Under the pieces are notes generated by a model. The model saw only the letters and a list, made by a program, of their open reading frames with translations, was not told the DNA's origin and did no database searches. Below, piece by piece: positions 25,206-32,000 of a DNA stretch of 32,000 nucleotides (position 1 is the first letter of the stretch; every line of letters begins with the position of its first letter). Source of the DNA: Planctopirus limnophila DSM 3776 (lineage in GTDB: Bacteria > Planctomycetota > Planctomycetia > Planctomycetales > Planctomycetaceae); NCBI RefSeq assembly GCF_000092105.1, contig NC_014148.1, forward strand, positions 2,790,001-2,822,000, given 5' to 3'. The translations under genes and the position numbers were made by a program.

Positions 25206-25889
25206 ATGAGATTCTCTAATCATCATCAATCTGCTCGCAAAGAAGCACCTCAGGCACGGGAACGTGCCGAGCGACATCAGCCGATTGGTCGTAAGGCCAG
25301 ATCGGTCGTGAGGCCAACCGCAGCCCATCGCAGTCGATCTCCGGGCCGCATGGATCGAGCCGGACAATTCTCTGCCCCGGAGACCTGGCATGATCCCGTC
25401 GAACAACAGCAATTTCGGTGTGTCATCGAGACAGCCGGAGATTCGTTTCGTCATGTGGTGACGGAACAGGAAATCCGTGATCGGCTCGCCGAGTTGCCCG
25501 AACACTTAGTTTCCGATCTGCAAGTGGTGCAGTTGAGTCGCATGACGCGCAAACGAGCTATCTTCCCGCTTTATGGCATGCAATGGGGCCCAAATGTCTA
25601 CCTCTACCCACTCGAAGAAAGCTTGATCGAGCGATACGCACGTATGCCCAAGCCACAATTTCGCATCGACTCAGAAATGTACGGTGGGAAATGGGAAGAG
25701 GTCGGCGGTATCTGGCAACTCACATGGACCGAACAGACGATTAAAGATTTCTATCTGAATAACGTTCTAATTCACGAAATTGGCCACTTGAACGACCATC
25801 GCAATCGCTCTTATATCGACCGTGAACGTTATGCCAACTGGTTCGCCATTGAGTTCGGCTACCGTGCTTCGCGTGGCCGAAGGGTCTAA
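25206..25889 (+). CDS. Hypothetical protein with a basic N-terminal tail and a C-terminal HExxHxxxH zinc-peptidase-like motif
   Basis: 227 aa (alternative ATG at 25350). 13 of the first 48 residues are Arg/Lys. NNVLIHEIGHLNDH lies near the C-terminus. The coding call is supported by ORF length and the spurious look of the antisense ORF. Family not recognised. Confidence 0.6.
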   Translation: MRFSNHHQSARKEAPQARERAERHQPIGRKARSVVRPTAAHRSRSPGRMDRAGQFSAPETWHDPVEQQQFRCVIETAGDSFRHVVTEQEIRDRLAELPEHLVSDLQVVQLSRMTRKRAIFPLYGMQWGPNVYLYPLEESLIERYARMPKPQFRIDSEMYGGKWEEVGGIWQLTWTEQTIKDFYLNNVLIHEIGHLNDHRNRSYIDRERYANWFAIEFGYRASRGRRV

Positions 25890-25933
25890 CAAACTCTGGT
25901 TCGCCACGTATAGCGGCGGAAATCACACCACAA

Positions 25934-27844
25934 TCACTTTTTCTTCGCTTTGCGATTTCCTGGAGCTGCACCCTGGGTACTCAGGAAACTGGCACCCATT
26001 GTCCGGGCATCCTGCCTATAGACAGCCTGCAATGCGGCGGCTGGAGTATCTCCACCCTGAATTCGTTTCACGAAACTCCCGAAGTTCGATGCGCCACCAT
26101 TTCGCATGAGAAATTCAACAATCGCATAGCCCGCAGGCCCGACATCCGCTGGCGAAAACGTACCATCCTGGAACACATCCTGTGGTTGCTGAATGCTGTA
26201 TTGCATCGCTTCGGCTGCCCTTGGCTTGAGGGCCACCACATACGGGTTGCCTTTACCAATCGGACCGGACGCAGCCAATGATAAGCCGGTACCTCTGATG
26301 AGCCAGTCAGGGAGATCTCCGCCCCCCTTGAGTAATGCAGCAGCAGCCAATTGCTCGGCCAGATTCAGAACTGCCCCTGGAGACTTCTCTGTGGGATCGT
26401 CGCCCACGTCGTAAATGGCCACAAGTGCTGTTTCGAGTGTCGGTGAGACATCGGCATGACCAATGATTTCCTTGGGAACTTCGCGGCGGTTGATCGTCTG
26501 ATTGAATTCTTCGTAGCCAAAGCGTTCTTTGAAGACGAACACCGCCAGCTTACCCTTCCAGACGGGTGTCTCTTTAAAGCCAAAGGTTGTTTTGAGAACC
26601 TTGAGAAACTCACTTCCCGATTCAGCCAGTTCTTTCAGACGAGCCGCATCAACATCCCCAATCATGATGAACTCGTCCGTCTCATGGACATTCGGTTGAG
26701 TCGAACTGAGTGCCATCTCCCACTTTTCGTTCGTATCCTTGCGTCTCCGCTCAAGGAGTTGTTCGGGAGTCATCTTGGCCAGTTCCCGAGCTCGAATCTC
26801 CTCGGGAGTCGGCACCAGTTGCATAAGTGGTCGTTTGGCATCGGGGCCATCGAATTTGGCGCCTTCCGTAATCCATGTGCGCAAATCCGCATGCCACTTT
26901 CTGGTAATGCGGCCCTGCCCTGCCGGCATGACGGGAGCTTCATCAGCATTGACCAGTCGCCACAACCGGCTCCCTTCCAGGCTGCCAGGGACAATCACGC
27001 GACCACTTTCACCACCTTGCATCATGCGTTCAAAAGTCGCGACACTGAAGCCACCTCGCGGATTGTTCCCTAAATGGCACTGTCCGCAGGTGGTGACGAG
27101 AGTGGGGGCGACATCGTTGATGAACGAGACCTTTTCGTTGCCAGTCGGCTTGGCGACTTCAACAGGAACCGGCGCTGGCTTCGGTTTCCCGTCTGCCATG
27201 GCGGCCAGCGATCCCAGCGACGCGGTTTTGTCCATCGCGTCGTACTTGGCACCTTCCGAAATCCACTTGGCAATTACCTGTATCTCGGCAGGTTTGAGTG
27301 CCTCTTCATTCTTCGGCATTCTCAAGCGGTTGTCCGTGGTCGTCAGCCGCAGGACGAGAGGACTGCGGAGCGGATTGCCAGCCACCACCAGGGCGCCATT
27401 CGTGCCGCCTCGTTCCATCCCGGCGAAGGTATCCATCCGCAGACCACCCCGTGGATTGTCTTCTCCGTGGCAGGAGACACAGTTGGCCTCAAGAATCGGA
27501 GCCACTTCTTTCGAGAAACTGGTCGGAATTTTGGCTGCTACCAAGGCCTGCTGTTTCGCGAGAATCCCTCGTTGCGTCTCGACTTGTTTTCGAAGAGCTT
27601 TGACGAGCGCCTCGGTCTCTGGAATCCCGTCCTTTACCAGTGTATTGAGTTTTTCTTCCACGGAAGTGACGGCTGCCGTGGCCTCGTCGAGTTTCTTTTT
27701 TGAGAGGAGTGCGGGAACCTTGCCAATTTCCGTCTTGAGATCATTGAGCTGTTGCCGCTGCTCAGGCGTGATGGCAGCCATCAGCGATGAAGCCTGAATC
27801 AGGGCTGTTGCCATGACGAGACTGAAACAGATTTGACGAAGCAT
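25934..27844 (-). CDS. Secreted protein with two planctomycete cytochrome c (PSCyt1-type) modules and an uncharacterised C-terminal domain
   Basis: ORF 25934..27940. ATG 27844 gives a canonical signal peptide MLRQICFSLVMATALIQASSLMA. There are two CxxCH modules (CVSCHGEDNPRGGLRMDT, CGQCHLGNNPRGGFSVAT), each followed by a PxxxxxL...WI.EGAK block. The roughly 270-aa C-terminal domain has no motif I recognise. Confidence 0.82.
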   Translation of the reverse strand: MLRQICFSLVMATALIQASSLMAAITPEQRQQLNDLKTEIGKVPALLSKKKLDEATAAVTSVEEKLNTLVKDGIPETEALVKALRKQVETQRGILAKQQALVAAKIPTSFSKEVAPILEANCVSCHGEDNPRGGLRMDTFAGMERGGTNGALVVAGNPLRSPLVLRLTTTDNRLRMPKNEEALKPAEIQVIAKWISEGAKYDAMDKTASLGSLAAMADGKPKPAPVPVEVAKPTGNEKVSFINDVAPTLVTTCGQCHLGNNPRGGFSVATFERMMQGGESGRVIVPGSLEGSRLWRLVNADEAPVMPAGQGRITRKWHADLRTWITEGAKFDGPDAKRPLMQLVPTPEEIRARELAKMTPEQLLERRRKDTNEKWEMALSSTQPNVHETDEFIMIGDVDAARLKELAESGSEFLKVLKTTFGFKETPVWKGKLAVFVFKERFGYEEFNQTINRREVPKEIIGHADVSPTLETALVAIYDVGDDPTEKSPGAVLNLAEQLAAAALLKGGGDLPDWLIRGTGLSLAASGPIGKGNPYVVALKPRAAEAMQYSIQQPQDVFQDGTFSPADVGPAGYAIVEFLMRNGGASNFGSFVKRIQGGDTPAAALQAVYRQDARTMGASFLSTQGAAPGNRKAKKK

Positions 27845-28187
27845 AGAGACCTGATATCCAAACATTCTTAACATCGCGTATTGCCTGACGTTGTTTTGGA
27901 TTTTGTTCTTCGATTCGACCAGTAATCGATTTGAATTCATACGAATTGCGAGGAGCCGCTACCTGGCACAGAACCACCCGCCGATTTGTCTCACACCTGA
28001 ACTCTTCCGAGATTGTCAACTCCCGGTAGTGTATCCTGTTTGACGCAATCGGGGCAAACCCCGTTTCGGTTGTGGGTTACGAATTGCTGCGACATTCTAA
28101 CGCCAGATGTTCGGGTAACCTTTCTTTCATGCCCGGAGTTCGCCCGGAAGTTTCCGCAGAGACCGATTTTTCACAAATGACTGACTC

Positions 28188-29111
28188 ATGAACCCGCAAC
28201 CACCTCCACAAACATCCATCAATGCCATGAATCGCCCTCAGCTTGAGGAAAATGATCCATCAAAAAGTCCTGGAGCGACTCGATCTTTGACCGAGAAGCA
28301 ACTCGACCAGCTCGTGGAATGGTTTCGCCCGTGGCCATCTGTGATCGTGGCTTATTCAGGCGGAGTTGACAGTGCTTTAGTCAGTTGGGGAGCGTTTCAG
28401 GCACTGGGAAGTTCGGCACTCGCCGTGACAGCCCTGAGCCCGAGTGTTTCTGAGAGTGACCGGGAACTCTCCGCAGCAGTCGCCCGTGAAATGGGAATTA
28501 AGCATCAGACAATCCACACACACGAAATTGAGCTAGCTGCGTATCGGGCCAATGCACCAACTCGCTGTTATTTCTGCAAATCCACACTCTACAGCACGAT
28601 TCGATCGAAATACCCAGCCAGCGAATTCCCCCTGATTGTCAATGGCACAAACCTCGACGACCTGGGAGATCATCGCCCAGGACTGATGGCGGCTGAAGAA
28701 TTTCAGATCCGCAGTCCTCTCGTCGAACTGGGTTATAACAAGCAGATCGTCAGAAACCTGGCTCATCTCGCAGGTTTAACCGTCCATGATCGACCTGCCA
28801 GCCCCTGCCTGGCCAGCAGAATCGCTTATGGCGTCGAAGTCACTTCCGATCGATTACTGAGAGTCGAACAGGCCGAAAAATACCTGCGATCACTCGGCTT
28901 TCAGGAATTCCGAGTCAGGATTGAACCCGGAGAGCTGGCCCGCATCGAACTGCATCCCGAGGATCTGACGCAGCTTGTCAGTTCGCCAATGCGTGAAGCA
29001 TGCGTGCGAGTCCTGAGCGAACTTGGATTTCGTCAGATCTGCCTCGATCTTGCCGGCTTTCGCTCGGGCAGCCACAACGAACTCATCCAATTGAATGCAG
29101 CCTCGAAGTGA
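28188..29111 (+). CDS. larE: PP-loop ATP-dependent sulfur transferase, LarE family
   Basis: 307 aa. PP-loop VAYSGGVDSALV, CxxC (RCYFCKS, Cys codons at 28565 and 28574), and the conserved SPCLASRI Cys (28805). The C-terminal RVR...ARIE block is typical of the TIGR00268/LarE family. Confidence 0.8.
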   Translation: MNPQPPPQTSINAMNRPQLEENDPSKSPGATRSLTEKQLDQLVEWFRPWPSVIVAYSGGVDSALVSWGAFQALGSSALAVTALSPSVSESDRELSAAVAREMGIKHQTIHTHEIELAAYRANAPTRCYFCKSTLYSTIRSKYPASEFPLIVNGTNLDDLGDHRPGLMAAEEFQIRSPLVELGYNKQIVRNLAHLAGLTVHDRPASPCLASRIAYGVEVTSDRLLRVEQAEKYLRSLGFQEFRVRIEPGELARIELHPEDLTQLVSSPMREACVRVLSELGFRQICLDLAGFRSGSHNELIQLNAASK

Positions 29112-29190
29112 CCTGGAATTCACCCTGAGTTGCTCACTCGTCGTTTCGTAAGCTCATCGTGATATCAATTCCGCCAACAACGCTGGAATT

Positions 29191-31086
29191 TCAGATTTCG
29201 ACGGGTAAATCGATCTCGGGGGCGAAGGTCTGCCACCATCTTTCCGCCTGATCGCTATTCCACTTGCCCGAAACACTACATCGACAGAGCGCCAGTTCCA
29301 ACTCACGAGCCGAGCCAAATCGCAATTCCTGATTCTTTGCCAGACAGCGGAGAACAATCGCCTCGACATCGGCAGGAATATCGGCTCTCAGATCTCGCAG
29401 AGGCACGACGCGATCTCGCGCATGCTTGATCATCACCTGCACGGGAGTTTTGCCTTCAAATGGCGGACGCCCTGTAAGCAGAAAATACGCGGTTGCTCCC
29501 AGAGCATAAATATCACTCCGGGCATCAGGAACACTCTCATAAGTGGCCTGTTCCGGCGACATGAACAGGGGCGAGCCAGCCACGCTCGTCTGCCTGCTGC
29601 TGTCGCTATAACCTCGGACACGAACGCCTCGGGAATCGAGCACCAGACCAAAATCCAGCAGTTTCGCCACATCATACTCACCGCCCCGCTTGGCAGCATA
29701 GACGTTGGCGGGCTTCAAATCGCGGTGGATCATGCCCAATTGATGAGCCTCATGCAGTGCCCGGCAGGTCTGAATCAGAAAATGAACAGTGCGTTCCGGA
29801 GAAAGCGGCCCGAAACGCGCCACCAGTTCTCCCAGATTCATCCCCGGGAGATACTCCATGACGTAGTAGAACGTGCCATCTTCAGTATGGCCGTAATCAT
29901 AAATCTCAACCGTATTCCAATGGGAAAGTTGCGCCATACTGCGAACTTCCTGTTCAAACCGCATGAGGGCAATGGGATCAGTGCCATATTGAGGATGAAT
30001 CAGCTTGACTGCACATGGGCGAGTTAACAGCCGATGTTCGGCCAGAAAAACCTGACCCATGCCCCCTGCTCCCAATCTCCGGGCCAGTCGATACTGGCCC
30101 AGCTGTCGCGCTCGGCTGACTTCCTGCCTCAAGGCAGAAATCGTGAATGTTCCCCAGATCGAAGCGAAGAGCGAAACAGCCAATGTCGTGGCCAGTTCGA
30201 GGCATACCTGGAGAGTGAGAACTTCCTGAGTCCAGGGAATAGTCATTCGCAGGTAAGCAATTGTTGCCAAAGGGGCCAGTGCTAAAGGTGATAGAAGTAC
30301 CGCAGCCCTCTTCCAGCCATTAGGAATCAACATCGCATAGGACATCATCACAATGATGAGGCCCAGGGTTCCATTATGCAGCAGATCGCTTAAAAGCACG
30401 CTGTTTTGCAGGACACCCGCTTCTCGCATCTGGAGCAGTTGTGTCAACACGATCTGAATGGCCGGCGGGATAAAGAGCAACAGTTCGAGAAATCGAAGTC
30501 TGTCCAGGGGAAGCATTCGATTTTTCAACAGAATACAAAGACAGGTGATGGAGTTCAGCAGGACAATCGCACGTAAGTATGGATAAGGCGAACTTTGCAC
30601 GACCAGCGAGCGAATGAAATACGCCAGTAATCCCACACACACCAGAATAGCAGCAGCAATCAATCGCTGCTGGATCAATGTCCCGGAACGACCACGCTGT
30701 CGGCCTACATCGGCATTGACCTGGCCTGGAGACAGATCTCGAACACGTTCGACTTTTCTCTTCGGAACCGGAGCAGACAACAACTTCGTCTGAGTTGTCA
30801 CACCAGATGCCGAAACCGATGAACCGGTGGCATGAAGAACTTCAGGATGGTGTGGAGGCAATAACCGGGAGGCATCTGCCGACTCTGCACCACCCGACAA
30901 AAGTTCATCCAGAGTTTTGAGATCGGTCCCAAAAGCCGCATGCCCCACGAGTGTGGGTTCCAGAGCCGCCTCTTCGTCGACAATGTCACCATCGTCGAAG
31001 ATCAGCTGATCTGCTGCCCGCATGCCGAACACTCCCTCATGTCCTGAATGTAGCGCAGCAGCACATGCTGCCCGGCCCTCGCTCAT
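29191..31086 (-). CDS. Hanks-type Ser/Thr kinase with the kinase domain C-terminal to a polytopic (about 6 TM) membrane region
   Basis: ORF 29191..31134 starts with TTG, with ATG at 31086. Roughly 150 aa of acidic/disordered N-terminus, then hydrophobic helices (about 30130-30640), then LGAGGMGQVFLAEH, CAVKLI, HRDLKPANVY, DFG, MSPEQ. Confidence 0.87.
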   Translation of the reverse strand: MSEGRAACAAALHSGHEGVFGMRAADQLIFDDGDIVDEEAALEPTLVGHAAFGTDLKTLDELLSGGAESADASRLLPPHHPEVLHATGSSVSASGVTTQTKLLSAPVPKRKVERVRDLSPGQVNADVGRQRGRSGTLIQQRLIAAAILVCVGLLAYFIRSLVVQSSPYPYLRAIVLLNSITCLCILLKNRMLPLDRLRFLELLLFIPPAIQIVLTQLLQMREAGVLQNSVLLSDLLHNGTLGLIIVMMSYAMLIPNGWKRAAVLLSPLALAPLATIAYLRMTIPWTQEVLTLQVCLELATTLAVSLFASIWGTFTISALRQEVSRARQLGQYRLARRLGAGGMGQVFLAEHRLLTRPCAVKLIHPQYGTDPIALMRFEQEVRSMAQLSHWNTVEIYDYGHTEDGTFYYVMEYLPGMNLGELVARFGPLSPERTVHFLIQTCRALHEAHQLGMIHRDLKPANVYAAKRGGEYDVAKLLDFGLVLDSRGVRVRGYSDSSRQTSVAGSPLFMSPEQATYESVPDARSDIYALGATAYFLLTGRPPFEGKTPVQVMIKHARDRVVPLRDLRADIPADVEAIVLRCLAKNQELRFGSARELELALCRCSVSGKWNSDQAERWWQTFAPEIDLPVEI

Positions 31087-31209
31087 CAGGACATACGGGT
31101 GAAATAAAGCTCGCTCAAGAGGTAGTGCGGTCAAGGAATGCCCGTCGGAAGCACTTTCCGAGATGGAGGGAGTTCAAATTTGCCGGTTGTAGCAAATTGA
31201 GGGATTGGT

Positions 31210-31242
31210 GCTTTCAGGGAAACAACCTGGTTCCCTGAAAGC
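31210..31242 (-). terminator. Strong hairpin 63 nt downstream of glyA (no U-tract)
   Basis: Perfect 12-bp stem GCTTTCAGGGAA (31210-31221) with TTCCCTGAAAGC (31231-31242), 9-nt loop. No T-run on either strand, so it may be a terminator, an RNA-stability element or a processing element. Confidence 0.45.
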
Positions 31243-31304
31243 CACTTAAAATCCGCAGGGAGATTCAGGCAGACCGCGTCTGTTCAGAACCGCCGACTTG
31301 ATCA

Positions 31305-32000
31305 TTACAGCGCAATGCCGGGAACTGGATAATTCTTGCAGAACTCGCAGATCTCCTGGCGAATCTTGCCCAGGGTGGTTGCATCTTCCGGATGCTTGAA
31401 AATCTGCAGGATCCACTGACCGACCTGCTGCATTTCCGCTTCTTTCATTCCACGAGTCGTGAGCGCCGGTGTGCCGAGTCGAATTCCGCTGGGGTCCAGC
31501 GGCTTGCGTGTATCGTAAGGAATCATGTTTTTATTGGCGGTCACACCGGCGACATCGAGCGCATGTTCGGCGATTTTTCCAGTCAAACCGACAGATGTGA
31601 CATCACACAGCATCAGATGATTATCCGTCCCCCCAGAAGCCAGACGCACGCCCCCTGCCACTAATGTCTCAGCCAATGTGCGAGCGTTTTTGATGACCTG
31701 TTCAATATACTGTTTGAAAGCTGGCTGAGCCGCTTCACGGAAGCAGACCGCTTTACCAGCGACCACATGCTCCAGAGGCCCGCCCTGCAATCCGGGAAAG
31801 ACTGTTTTGTCGATCGTTTTGCCATGCTCTTCTTTGCAGAGGATAAACCCGGATCGGGGCCCACGCAAAGTTTTATGAGAGGTCGAAGTCACAAAGTCCG
31901 CATGGGGCACCGGACTGTTGTGCAGGCCGGCTGCCACCAATCCGGAATAATGGGCCATATCGACCATGAACAACGCACCCACCGACTTCGCAATTTCGGC
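31305..32000 (-). CDS. glyA: Serine hydroxymethyltransferase, C-terminal part (N-terminus outside the window)
   Basis: The reading frame is open to the window edge (AEIAKSVGALFMVDMAHYSGLVAAG...). VTSTSHKTLRGPR (PLP-lysine motif), GGPLEH and GIRLGTPALTTRG are present. Confidence 0.93.
   Translation of the reverse strand, partial: AEIAKSVGALFMVDMAHYSGLVAAGLHNSPVPHADFVTSTSHKTLRGPRSGFILCKEEHGKTIDKTVFPGLQGGPLEHVVAGKAVCFREAAQPAFKQYIEQVIKNARTLAETLVAGGVRLASGGTDNHLMLCDVTSVGLTGKIAEHALDVAGVTANKNMIPYDTRKPLDPSGIRLGTPALTTRGMKEAEMQQVGQWILQIFKHPEDATTLGKIRQEICEFCKNYPVPGIAL

Noticed and set aside
26739-27797. 352-aa ORF on the plus strand, antisense to the PSCyt gene
   Set aside because: The translation is Ser/Arg/Ala/Cys-rich low-information sequence, typical of the reverse frame of a real gene. 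The minus-strand frame carries a signal peptide and two clear CxxCH modules. There is no independent start context.
27964-27980. TGGCAC, a sigma-54 -24-like element, upstream of larE
   Set aside because: The required TTGC(A/T) at the -12 spacing is absent (the sequence reads TGGCACAGAACCACC).
27940-28087. 10-mer TACGAATTGC repeated at 27940-27949 and 28078-28087 in the PSCyt/larE divergent spacer
   Set aside because: A single 10-mer recurrence in a spacer of about 300 bp is only marginally unlikely by rough estimate. One copy overlaps the ATG at 27940, a possible alternative start of the PSCyt ORF. I kept it as a note only.
7224-32000. Apparent glycine theme (ltaE, ThiO-like glycine oxidase, glyA) as a linked pathway
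   Set aside because: The three genes are on different strands and in different transcription units, separated by many unrelated genes. This is most simply coincidence among common housekeeping genes.
1-32000. Search for CRISPR arrays, IS/transposase, integrase, phage, toxin-antitoxin or known defence-system genes
   Set aside because: No spaced direct-repeat array, no terminal inverted repeats flanking an ORF, and no protein with transposase, integrase, nuclease-NTPase or defence signatures was seen. The window looks like core chromosome rather than an accessory island.

Overview
This window reads as an ordinary chromosomal stretch of a Planctomycetota genome. The phylum call is an inference from gene content: a PSCyt/DUF1549/DUF1553 + DUF1501 gene pair, a second protein with two PSCyt-type CxxCH modules, three Hanks-type Ser/Thr kinases, and a mitochondrial-like (spd-type) EF-G. 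I support 21 protein-coding genes, two of them cut by the window edges. Housekeeping genes are fusA-like EF-G, ltaE, hisD, a ThiO-family oxidase, dtd, accA, two rRNA methyltransferases, larE and glyA. Lineage-typical genes are the DUF1501/DUF1553 pair, the PSCyt protein, an orphan HlyD-type adaptor, a stand-alone receiver, three eukaryote-like kinases with unusual accessory regions, and an orphan HExxH protein. I found no rRNA, tRNA, CRISPR array, transposase, integrase or phage gene. Several strong hairpins fit intrinsic terminators, and several intergenic regions carry short perfect direct or tandem repeats or palindromes that look regulatory. I cannot point with confidence to a new multi-gene system. 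The best candidates for follow-up are: (1) a translationally coupled serine hydrolase / ThiO-DAAO oxidase / Dtd block that could be a D-amino-acid handling module; (2) a monocistronic basic HExxH(xxxH) protein behind a 366-bp leader carrying a perfect 12-bp palindrome; (3) the function-unknown DUF1553 + DUF1501 cassette; (4) the three kinases, which have a beta-helix ectodomain, a PPGM-repeat tail and a polytopic N-terminal membrane domain respectively; (5) a roughly 670-bp gene-free region upstream of EF-G. All family assignments come from motif recognition by eye, since no searches could be run.
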